Part shown: positions 1 through 10,999 of the stretch, piece by piece
Numbering within the stretch: position 1 is the stretch's first letter
How the letters are laid out: the number at the start of each line of letters is the position of its first letter
Assembly: GCA_050084515.1 (NCBI GenBank)
Contig: CM114271.1
Location: 47,616,001-47,680,000 of the forward strand
Reading direction: 5' to 3'
Length of the DNA: 64,000 nt
Source: Blasia pusilla
Taxonomy: Eukaryota
The notes under the pieces: model-generated
Told to the model about the DNA's origin: nothing
Databases searched by the model: none
What the model saw: the letters and a program-made list of their open reading frames with translations, nothing else
Translations under genes and position numbers: made by a program

Positions 1-863
1 GAGTCCGCCGATAAATATAGCTAGTAACGGTGATAACAGAGTAGCAGGTAACAAGGGGTTTGAGGGGAGAAACCTTTGAAAGCGGAACGAGTTGAGGGGG
101 TGCCGCGTGACATGGTAGAATGCATTCGGAGTGAAGGTAGTTCTTGATCCTTCATCCGTGTCGTTAGGTCAAGGGTTTGGTTAATGCATGGCCGAAGGAT
201 CGGAGAATCTGATATATGTCTGAAAATCGATGGTGTTTATGGTGTTTCTTCCTGTCCCAATATTTGAGGTAGATGTAATGGTGACAAAGTTTTTCTGTTT
301 GTCTCGTTCCAATTGTGGAGTGTTGGTAAGACCCGTCCTATGACCGTTTGGACGATAATTCTCCTTGGTACCATTTGGAGTCACACTAAGATGCATCGGT
401 CCCATCATCTCTCATCATAAAGATGATAGTGCATTCAATTGGATTTGGAAATTGTTACTAATGATAGGAATAGGATGGAGTAAGCCACATGAGCTTCGGC
501 ATTCATAAAGATTCATTTGATTATGACATAAGTCCACACGATATGGACTTTGTTCACATGCAACCTTATATGATGCGGACGCCTTTGCGGTTATGATACG
601 AGCATGGTGGGTCAAGTGCGGGATGGTGGGCCAAGCGGGTTGGAAGTTGGGCCAGGCGTGGGTTGGTGAGAAGGCGGGATGGCAGGCGGGCTTAGTGTGG
701 GCCTCTCTCGGGCCGAGAGGACCAATTGCAAACCCTATCCACCAAGTAGTATGAAGTCTACAACTATAATACCTATGAAGCTGTACTTTAAGTTGCGGAA
801 TAAATTTCAAGGCAATCACTTCTTTTTTGCAATAAAATCCACAATATTGAGGGAAATAAACAA

Positions 864-1138
864 TCAGATTGAGAGGGAAAAAGTTATGTTTACAAACGGC
901 TTGACGCACAAACCTAGAATTCCCTTTCCAGATATGTAATGACGTATTTCAAAAAAGAATTCACTTAAATGAGTGAAAGAAAGAATTGAAGTAGCTAATG
1001 AAAAACTATTTCTCGAATGGAGATGATGAGCACGATCCGTAAGGAATGAGTCAAACATGTCCCTTATAGCCCCATATATCTCTATGGCTAAGGGGACCAA
1101 TAAATTCCCATCATGAAGGAAACTATAGAGATGGGTCT
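864..1138 (-). pseudogene. 3' half of the restriction-like endonuclease (RLE) domain of a CRE/R2-group non-LTR retrotransposon, split by the Gypsy insertion
   Basis: Minus strand reads HLYSFLHDGNLLVPLAIEIYGA (the 'F/LxPLAxExYG' RLE motif). Removing 1139-10130 plus one GTCT copy joins it in frame to ...VKKKVKKT from 10135+. Confidence 0.7.
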
Positions 1139-3429
1139 TGTCACGTCTCTTAGGATAGATCGGTGAGATCTAGTAGAGCGCCTTCGTGAGTAGCGGAGGA
1201 CAGGCTCAGTAGGTCAAGGATGACCTACTGAGGCCCCGGGAAACTTGAGAGAGTAGTTTTCCCCTTCGTTTCGGCTCATTTGGAGTCATATTGAAAAACT
1301 TACTATTTTAGTTAAGTACCATTTTGAGTATGTGATCAACTTTATATTTTTGGTAAGTGACCCTTGACCTCCTACATCAGGTCCAGAGCCAAGGAGTTGA
1401 CTTGGGAGCATAGGTTACCATGCGGAGAGCTTGGGAGAGGGGAGGTGTATACCTCAAGGGGAGAGACCTTGAGAGCTCATTCTGTCTTTGTTGAACCTCT
1501 TGGCATAAAGTGGCGGAGCCATGGTCCCTAGCGTTGAGAGTATAACCCAAGCCTCTCATTAGGAGAGTGGATTTGGTTTGACATGAGTGAGAGTGCAAAC
1601 ATGTGAGAACTATGGTGTTGTGAGAGAGATTGGATCTTATTTTGCAAAGAGAGAATGAGTGAGTGAGAGAGCTTCATGGTGGAGCTCGCTGGTCACTCAT
1701 TGGTTTTGCAGGTTGGGGATTGTATTCCTTGTTCACCGGTTAATGGGAGTGCTCACCGGAGCAAGAGCCGCTTACTTGTGAACATTTCCTTTGCCAATTT
1801 TTCATGTGGAAGAGTGGCGCGCGGAAGTGCTACCCAATTTTTAATAGGAATTGAGTATAGGGGCGGGTTGCCCCATGCCGGTGCTCTCGAGAGCATCATG
1901 TAACTTGCTGATTTGTATTTTTATAGGTTTTACATTTTTGTTGGGAGAAATCATCGCGGTAGCGCTACCAAATTTTGTGGAGGAGAAAGAGACATTGGGC
2001 TTTACGACAGTCCTCATCAGTTTTTATTGGAATGTTTGATTCTAAATATTTTTTGACACTGTCGTAGATCATGAAGCTGTGCACGCTGTGCAACAAATAG
2101 TATACAATTTGGAGTTGCAAGAAAGATGTTATGGTCAATCTTGCAAAATTGCCATTGCTAATTTGTAGGGTTAAATTGGTCAAACCCTTAACCAACTATC
2201 GCCGTCATAGTCACCGTCAAAGGTCCGCCGTCGATGATCAACCATCACCGTCACCGGTCGGCCGTCACCATTAATGGTCAACCGTTCAACGGTCCATCGT
2301 CCGTTGTCCACCCTTTGGTTGCCATTGCCGCCATTACGGAGTGGAGGGTCTTCCACGACGTTTGTTGATTCTCTTACTTGCGTCGCCACCACGTAACTTA
2401 TTTTTTCCACCACCGTCATCGTAGTTTTGTCATCAACCAGTGATGGCAGATGACCTCCACTTATGGTATTTGAGATTTGATTTCATGCTGCTATGTTATG
2501 ATTGGTAGCCGCTCGACGACGATGGAGTACCGTGCCGTGATGCCCATAGCTGCAACGCGCCGTTGACTGCTGCGTCATGCCGCTCGTGGCCGCACTGCAC
2601 CGTCTCGATCACGGAACCGCTCCTTCACTAAGGAGCAGAGCGTATAAATTTCTGATTGAGGAGCATACGCCGCCAAGTGCCACCCCATTCCCGAGTGCCG
2701 TGCTGTTTGTAGCCGTTCCATACCGCCAGTGCCGCACCCGACCGCTCGACCTGCACCACACATCGAGGAGGTTGAGCAGCATCAATAGAAGAGGAGTACG
2801 ACTTGCTGATTGGAGGAGTTGTCTTCACGACCGAGTTGGGATCAAGATTTGCAGTTGCTGAGGAGTGATATCGATATTATTGTCAGGTTACCCATTCTGG
2901 TCTCTTACCCTGCACGTGTGAGGGATTTCCAAATATTGGGAAGTTATTTAGGATATTGGGTTCGTGTTGATGCTAGGATCATCGATGATGTATGGGTTAA
3001 GGGGACATAGACCTGTGTGGGATGTCTAGAGTTGAGGATGGTTTGTCGATGAGACAATAGATCACTGATTTGCCACACCACGCTGCTTGTTGCCGCACAA
3101 CACACGTCTCAATGAAAGAGTGTAGATTGAGTGCCGCATGTTTAGTTTGAGTGAGTGAGAAATTACTTGCAAGATTGAGAGTGATCGTGTGAGAGGGGCA
3201 TGAGGGCCATCACGACGTCCTTTCAGTATTTTGAGAGGTGAGGTAGTGGACCTGAGAGTAGCTCTAGAGGGTTTACGCGGAGTGGTGCGAGGTTTCGAGG
3301 GTCTCCACGTGAGAGACCACCATGATCTCCTTTTGTGTCATCTTCAAACGAGGGGGAGCGTATAGAGGAGTGTGTTAGTGATCCATCGTACACATTGAGT
3401 GGTCCTACCAATTGGGCGTACGAGATGGA

Positions 3430-4700
3430 CGACCGGGATAGAGGACCGCATAGGTTTTCGGCACTATAGAGCTACACAACTTCATTGCGGAGTTTAGGAG
3501 TTGGTGTGACTCACATCGGGCTAGGAATTCTAGAGAGTTCAACCCGTTTACACCATGGAACGGTATGTTCCAGCATTTAGAGGGGACGCCCATGGACGAT
3601 TACCATGAGTTCTCCAACAGATATGCCCAGGAGATTGAGGCATGACAACTCTACTATGACCCACACTATGTGTCATGGACGGAGCCTTTCCCAGATGAGG
3701 AGGAGGAGTCATGAGAGGCTACTTCCTATTCCAATAGTGACGTTTTAGGAGGGGTCACTCGCATTGGAGCAGTTGCACCATCTAGTCGGGTTCGTCCCAG
3801 GTTCAACCTCGTGGTTGAGTTCTTCGCTGAGTTGAGGGCGAGCTACCAAGGGGTATGGACGGAGAAGTTGTGGATCATCCACGACTTCTAGAGGTGCCGG
3901 GTGAGAGTTTGCGTGAGGCTTACATTCGCTTGCGCCGGTTGATCAATGTCACTTAGGGGATGACAGAGGCTCAAGCTATCCACTCATGGTACGCGATGTT
4001 GGATCGGACCCTGTGGACACGGGTGCGGGACGGGGTGCTCCTTATGAACACCTCCCCTACGTTAAGAGATGTTTATAGGATCGCCGAGAACATTGAGCGC
4101 AATATGGCCGAGGAGAGCGTAGCCACCATGGGTTCTAGGCGAGAGCAGTCACGATTGTCTGCACCACCAGTGTAGCAACGTGGACTCCGAGATAGGTTGA
4201 TTGTGGCATCACGAGCTTAGGGAGGATACTGGGAGGCCATGCATCTTCATATGCGGCTCAGCAGCAGGTGCCTATGATTACTTGTTGGTCATATGGTGGA
4301 GCCCATCATTAGTGCGATTGCACTTGTTAGGGTCATGGACGTGTGCCTCAGCATGGAGGAGGAGATGGTGCTACACCAGGAGATTATCAGTGTGACTATT
4401 ATCAGAGGTATGGTCATACACGCACCAAATGTTTCAATTTACATCCTGAGTTACGTCTTGACCGAGGGCCACAGAGAGCACCAGAGTGAGTAGCCGGTCC
4501 GGGTGGGCTAGAGATTGTACACCACGTGGTCCCGTTGGGGGACGAGGAGCTGGAGTTGTCCGACATGGTGGTGGAGCTGCGTGTGGAGGAGGTAGAGTAC
4601 CACCACCTAGACGCGCCGAGGGAGACGCCGGACATGAGGCTGGGATGGCTGCTCAGATACAGCAGCTACAAGAGCAGATTTCCGCTATGGCATTGAGGTT
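3430..4700 (+). pseudogene. gag-like region with two degenerate CCHC zinc knuckles
   Basis: RFFGTIELHNFIAEFRSWCD...FNPFTPWNGMFQHLEGTPMDDY is homologous to 20480-20660 of the second copy. Degenerate knuckles at ~4283-4320 and ~4392-4435 match the intact CWMCGGSHRQRDC and CDHCHRYGHTRDRC in the second copy. Confidence 0.7.
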
Positions 4701-4899
4701 ACCCGATGCCGGATCTGAGGCATCGACATCATATGGAGCAGCCAGAGATATGGAGGATTCTCGTTGGATGTGCGGGGTTGCCCAGATGGAGGCCGCCGTA
4801 GTTGTGATGCATGGAGTAGCCGTAGAGTTGGATCCACAACAAGGGGAAGCCAGAAAATACACTAGGCTCACTGTATATCACCCGACAGGAGGTTGTGGT

Positions 4900-5070
4900 G
4901 AGGATTCCCTAGGACATCCTACAGATGAGTCCGGGGTGCGAGCCAAGGCGATAGTGACTGATGTAGAGTCCTACGACGTCTTGGTTGGTGGAGCAATGTT
5001 ATACCCAATGGGGTTTTCCCTGGATTATTGGGAGGAGTCAGCGTCCTACTGACTAGGATGACAGTCAGGT
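4900..5070 (+). pseudogene. C-terminal part of retroviral-type aspartic protease
   Basis: SYDVLVGGAMLYPMGFSLDYWEE matches 22660-22760 of the second copy, which also keeps the catalytic-like VLLDNGA at ~22366-22387. Confidence 0.55.
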
Positions 5071-5454
5071 GATGGGTACCTTAGCTCATTACCCGTTCGA
5101 TTCATAGATGCAGTGATCGAGCGATGGCGAGGAGAGATGGCGACCTTAGCAGCATTTAGTAGTGCCATCACTTGGCCTAGTGATTTGATTGAGGGACATG
5201 TCCATGCAAAGGATACTCCCGTTCCTGACATTTCTATGGAGAGGAGTCTTATGGGAGCTGCATCATATAGTGGAGGAGAGGTGCCGCTTGTGGGGCTCAA
5301 GTGAGGGGCTTCGACGATTGGCGGATGAGCACGTGCAGACCGCGTGGAGCGAGGCGTTTGCACCGGAGTATGACAGGTCTGAGGGACCCGAGGTAGCAGG
5401 GAGTGCTACGATGATATCCTTGGATACCACACCCATTGTGTGGCATATTCTAGA

Positions 5455-6410
5455 GGAGGATATTCAAGTGTTAGATCTCTTTGGAGGGATTAGCATCGGG
5501 TTAGCTGTTGTTTTGCAAGTAGGATTGCGAGTGCACCAGTACTTGTATGTGGAGAGTGATGATGTTGCAAGGCGCGTCTCACTACAACATGTGGCATAGT
5601 TATGCCTACATTTTCCCAACTTGCTCTCTGCGTCCGCTGTACAGGGGTACCAAAGTTCCCTACCAAGAGATATTTCATTGCTGGGGATGCAGGACTTGGA
5701 GCGGGTAGGGACCATTGATTTGGTCATTGCAGGTTGGCCATGTCAGGGTCAATCGAGTGCTGGACGAGGCATCGGGTTGACTGACACTCGATCCAGGTTA
5801 TTTTGGGAGATGCTGAGGGTCTTGAGATATTTGCAAGAGCATCAGCCTCGTTCTCCGGCTTACATTGTGGAGAATATACCGATCTTGGGCGATTTGAGGT
5901 CACAGGTGGTGACGAGTGTACATCAGGTGCGTGCATGGATCGGCCCAACATTAGTTTTGGATGCGTCGAGTGTGGGTTCTCGAGCACATCGCCCGCGTCT
6001 ATGGTGAACCAACATGGTACCACACGAGGTGTTACAGAGGGCATATGCAAGAGTGGAGCGCCCCTCGCACTTGTTTGTGGATTCTATTCTGGATCCGGGT
6101 CATCGATCATGGCAGTGAGGCACGATGATCGACCGCCAATGACTATGGTCAATAGGGTAGGCTCGCCGCGGGCAGCCTTTCCCACGTTTGTGAGTTTTCC
6201 CGCTTCCTATGCATACAAGGAGGCCGGTCCAGGCTTGGTTTGGGATGACCATGTTCAGAGGTTGGTGGAGCCTAACGCTGACGGGAGAGAGCGGGCGATG
6301 GGATTTCCCAAAGGAGTGACGACAGTACCGTTAGTATCAGAGGCATCACGACGCCGTGTCTTGGGTCAGGCGATGGACCTGAACTGCTTGACATGGATCT
6401 TCAACTTGGG
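5455..6410 (+). pseudogene. DNMT3-like C5-cytosine DNA methyltransferase domain inside Gypsy pol
   Basis: Motifs in canonical order: I VLDLFGGIS, II YLYVESD, IV IDLVIAGWPCQGQSSAG (catalytic PC), V GLTDTRSRLFWE, VI IVENI, VIII SRAHRPRLW*TN, IX RERAMGFPKGVT, X RRRVLGQAMDLN. Interrupted by stops and a frameshift. Confidence 0.9.
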
Positions 6411-6769
6411 AGTGGTTGAGCAACGTCAGATGAGATTGCGACAGATCACAACGGTTGCGTTGGTGAGCCCCATGCCTACCGAGATGGTGGAGGCAGTGGC
6501 TGGGGGCGAGATCCGAGGAGATCGATACATCATAGGAGATCAGGAGAGACACCCTTGGACTTCTTGGAATTTTTTGCAGGTACGCCAAGAGATGATAGCC
6601 ACAACATCGAGCGTAGTTACGGGCACTACATGTGGAGGAGATCAGAGTTTGCAGTTGGTTGCAGAAGAGCGACCAAGTGTTGGTGTTCGAGACGGGGTTG
6701 CATCATAGCAACCATTGATACCCGCGCCGGAGAGTCCTACCGTAGTCACGATGGAGACTTGGGAGTAAG

Positions 6770-8200
6770 ATATGGGCCCTAAGTTGAGAGGAGAAGAGCC
6801 GCGCCGAATACATGAGTTCCTTAGGAGTTATATGAGCTGCTTTGCATTTAGCATGGAGGATTTGGGTACTTTGAAGGGACCAGGATCCGCATTGAGTTGT
6901 GGAGTGATACGCTGATCTTTTGACGACCCTAAAGGTACAGTGATATGGAGAGGGATCTGATTCAGAGTAGGAGCCAGGACTTGGTTGGAGCAGGACTAGT
7001 GGAGATGTCGCATGGGGAGTATGCATCTGCCACTGTCATGCTTGCCAAGAAGGATGTGCATGGCAACTGGACGGATAGGCGGATGTGTGGGGATTACCGG
7101 CCTATCAATCAGCAGACAAAGTCCGATAGGTATGCCATGCCCACTCCTGAGGAGATCTTTGATGCAATTGGTCACGCAAAGGTCTTTAGTTCATTGGATT
7201 TGCAAGCCGGATACCATCAGCTGCCTATCAGATTGGAGGACAGGCAAAAGACGGCATTTTGGGCCATCGATCCTCACGGGAAGGATTGTTTGTACCAGTG
7301 GCGATTCTTACCATTTGGGTTAAAGAATGTCCCGGCTGAGTTTCAGAGGGTCATGGATAGGATCTTGGCAGGTATGGATTTTGGTAGGTGTTATATTGAT
7401 GACATTGTAGTCTTTAGTGCCACGGTTGAAGAGCATGAGTGACATCTAGAGGAGGTATTTCGATGATTGCCGTTACATGGGCTGAAGCTACATCCAGGCA
7501 AGTGTAAGTTCTTCTATAACCAGATTGAGTACTTGGGTCATACGATATACCAAGGTGGCCTTGGTGTTTAGCAGACAAAGGTAGAGGCTATTTCACGCAT
7601 TCCACGCCCTACAGATGTGATCCGCGTTCGTGCATTCATGGGATTGGCGAACTTCTATTGGCGGTACGTCAAGGAATTTAGTTTGATTGCAAAGCCACTG
7701 ATCTTGCTGACCAAGGTGGATCATGAGTGGAACTAAGGGGATGAGCAAGAGCGAGTATTTTAGCTGCTCAAGGACAGATTGGCGTCTGTGCCCATCTTGA
7801 GGAGACCAATCACGGGCGTCCTTTCCACTTGCATACTGATTGGAGCATGTTGGGGCTTGGAGCCGTGCTCACCCAACATGACGATGATGGTAGAGAGTTC
7901 GTTGTGGCTTATACTAGTCACTCGAAGAATGCTACAGAGATGAAGTATAGCTCGTATGAGGGTGAGTGCTTGGTTGTAGTGTGGGCTGTTGCACATTTCA
8001 GATTTTATCTATTCAAAAATCCCTTTACCATCATTACTGATCATCAGCCACTTAAGTGGTTGATGGAGTCCGACAAGCTTACAGGGAAGCTTGTTAGGTG
8101 GGCTCTTTTGTTGCAGGAGTATGACTTCAAGGTGGTGCATAGACTTGGGACCCTAAACCAAGATGCATATGGTTTGAGCCGTAACCCATGCCCGAGTCAG
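6770..8200 (+). pseudogene. Gypsy reverse transcriptase + RNase H
   Basis: RMCGDYRPIN, LDLQAGYHQL, KTAF, LPFGLKN, YIDD. RNase H motifs HTDWS..GLGAVL, YSSYEGECL, TDHQPL. Confidence 0.95.
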
Positions 8201-8559
8201 CGAGATCGACTGGAGCTCGTTGGCATGGTGAAAGTGATGAGGAGTTGGTGCCGGGATGGAATGCGTCAGCCTATTTGGGCTTGTTGGCTATGGAGAGCCA
8301 AATTGCTGAGACTTTGATGGGGAGGTCTGATGGAGAGTCCTTAGATCTAGAGGCCAGTGAGGAGACGACAGGTGGCCGAGATATTCACAACGATGGAGTG
8401 GTCTTGGAGTACCTGCGTACTGGAAGCGTCGCAAGCACACTGGGTGCTAGAGAAAGGGATCAGATCCTACAACGAGCGAGACGGTTTTGGTGGGAGGGCA
8501 CACATATGTTGCGAGTGTGGAAGGATGGTAGAGTGCGTGTAGTGCCTCATCCTTCGCAT

Positions 8560-9678
8560 AGAGCATGTTTGGTGCGTCATGCCCATGAGGAGTTGGGTCA
8601 TTTTGGAGTGACGCGGACATATAGCTTGCTCCAGATTTAGTATTGGTGGCGAGGCATGTAGACTCACATTCACCAATTTGTTGCTAGATGCATGGTGTGT
8701 GATCGAGTCCGAGTATCAATCAATGCTCCAACTCCACAGTTACATCCACTTCCGATCATGGGTTTAGGTTATAGATGGAGTTTGGATTTTGCAGGACCTT
8801 TGCCTTTGACGGAGTGCCATAGTTGTTACATGTAGGTGATAGTCAAGCACTTCTCGAAGTGGATAGAGTTTGTTGCATTTCCTGACAAAGCGAGTGAGGG
8901 AGTAGCGCATGCCTTCCTAGATTGAGTGCTAAGTCATTACGGCGCACGAGCTGAGGTGTTGATAGACCAGGGTACAGAGTTCTGCAGGGAGTTTGAGGCC
9001 TTGTGTGATCACGCACTCATCGACCACTGCACAACTTTGCGAGATCATCCTGAGTCGGATGGACTAGCGGAGCGGGTTGTGCAGACGGTGAAGAGAGGAC
9101 TACGCAAGTATGGCTTGCAGAGAGGTCACCTAGGAGATTGGGACCTTCAATTGCGGTGGTTGGTGATGGGATACAGATTCAGCAGAGAGGCATCCTTAGC
9201 GTCTTTCTCACCGTACTTGTTGCTTTATGGCCGTGAGCCTGATTTACCTACGGCCATTTGTCCAGATACTAGTGAGGTGTTGAACCTTGATGACCCTCAT
9301 ATATGGATGCGAGCACGTTCTGAGAGGACTGAGTTGTTTCGGAGAATGATGCTCATGGCGTTTGAGAACTTGGCGATTGCGCAACATCGGGATACGTTGA
9401 GGTATGCAACTATTCGGGGAGGTGGCTATCGGCCTACTATCCGGAGGTTTCATCAATGAGACTATGTCTACTTGCAGCAGACGGCACCCACGACATTGGA
9501 TGTGATTGCAGGGCGCACCATCTTGAGAGTGCGTGAGGTTTTTCCATTCGGTGTTTTCTCATTGGAGGCACGCGATGGTATGGTTTGGAAGGACCATGTG
9601 AATAACTGTGCGCCATGTCATCTTCCAAACATTGACGGTACAGTTGATCCGAGCTTAGCAATAGTTCATGCAGGCTTG
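8560..9678 (+). pseudogene. Gypsy integrase (HHCC + DDE)
   Basis: HEELGHFG...CMVC, WSLDFAGP, VLIDQGTEF, HPESDGLAERVVQTVK, FSPYLLLYGREP. Confidence 0.9.
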
Positions 9679-9819
9679 CGGTGAATGTTTTGTGGTTCTG
9701 CCCGTGGTGCAACCACTATGCTAGTCTGTGATGGGTGTTAGAGAGGATGGCTTATGGCATGTTTGACGCCACCTCTCACTAGGGTTCCTTAGGGACGATG
9801 GATGTGTCCCAAATGTACA
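9679..9819 (+). pseudogene. PHD finger at integrase C-terminus
   Basis: In frame with the preceding ORF: R*MFCGSARGATTMLVCDGC*RGWLMACLTPPLTRVP*GRWMCPKC. This is C4HC3 spacing with the PHD-typical CL.PPL..VP.G.W.C..C. Confidence 0.85.
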
Positions 9820-10130
9820 TATAATAGGTAGTTCTACATTCCGACTTGTATCTGTGACATGGATGACAAGAAGGCGACTAACGATGCAGCCACATGAGCG
9901 TCTGGCCTTCTTGCTCTTAGCGTCCGAGAGATGTATGTCATGGTAGGTAGGGATAGATGGCTATTTGGAGTTAGAAGGACCTAATCACCAGCTAGGGGGG
10001 CGATTGGAGATATTTTGGTACTTCTTGTCTCGTTGTTTGGATGCCATGAGTTAGCATGGGATCGTGCGTATTTGTGTGTGTGTTCAGTGACAACGATGTA
10101 TGTTGTGTAGCGATGTGTATGCGCACGACA

Positions 10131-10440
10131 GTCTTCTTTACCTTTTTCTTCACCGTTTCTTATAGCAATATCCCTCGTGCCACCACTTGGGCTCACACAA
10201 CCTCCCGCGTAGGATTTGTCACGTACTATAACGTCCGTTGCCACCACCTCAGCCTCTCGTGTCATATAAAGATTAGTACGGATAAGGGAATCCCACATGG
10301 AGTAGTGCCTCTCTCTCTCTACACATGGAAGCCACTCTTGCGAGCAGTACTGAACATGATATCCCCCACAACATCATGAGTGGCAATCTTCTCACCCCCA
10401 ACTGGACCGTCTGCTAAATGCTCATCAAGTGGATCTAGAC
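10131..10440 (-). pseudogene. 5' half of CRE/R2-group RLE domain (degenerate zinc knuckle, RHD-like and PD..D motifs)
   Basis: DPLDEHLADGPVGGEKIATHDVVGDIMFSTARKSGFHV*RE then IRTNLYMTREAEVVATDVIVRD. Continues at 1138 across the Gypsy insertion. Confidence 0.7.
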
Positions 10441-10999
10441 TTTTGGAAAGGAATAGCAGATTTTGGTTTTCAGGGTTGTCTAAAAGTAGCAACAAAGCAA
10501 GGAGAAAATAGGTGAAAAAGTTCTTCAATTTGTGCTTATTTTGAGGTTTAAAATTGCACGACAAATAACTGCTTCCTCTCTCAATATCTCCATTTTGTTC
10601 AATGACCATGGAAATTACTGATGTAAGGAAGAGGATCAAAGAAGCTGTGATCAAGATCCAATATATAAGCATCTGGCCCCAGCGCGGATGAGCACTCAAA
10701 GAAGGCAATAGAGGCAAGATATCACACCAAAACATTGGAAAATACGTGAGGAAATCTAGCCATAACGATTCTTACTCTCCATTATCTAGTACCAATCTAT
10801 CTTTATCGGATTTGAATAGGAACTTTGATGATGAATTTGTGAAGATTTTGATACTCTACAAGAAAAAAAAGGTTCAAAGTCTTATAAGGGTATCTCTTCA
10901 AAGTTGCAAGAGTAGTCAACTAGGTTGAAAGTAATCTTAGATGTTTGCAGTACTATGGAATCTATTCTAAAGGGATCTTAGACTCAATGAATTTCACTA

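Larger units (their letters stand above)
1139..10130 (+). mobile_element. Ty3/Gypsy-type retrotransposon (decayed): gag-PR-C5 MTase-RT-RNaseH-INT-PHD
   Basis: Starts TG (TGTCACG) and ends CA (GCACGACA). Flanked by 4-bp duplication GTCT (1135-1138 / 10131-10134). RT-RH-INT order is Gypsy-type. Many in-frame stops and frameshifts. Confidence 0.9.

Noticed and set aside
600-737. GC-rich GCGGG-repeat tract ending in reverse-complement TAGGGTTTGCAA, resembling a hAT/MITE terminus
   Set aside because: No matching second terminus or TSD could be identified in the window.
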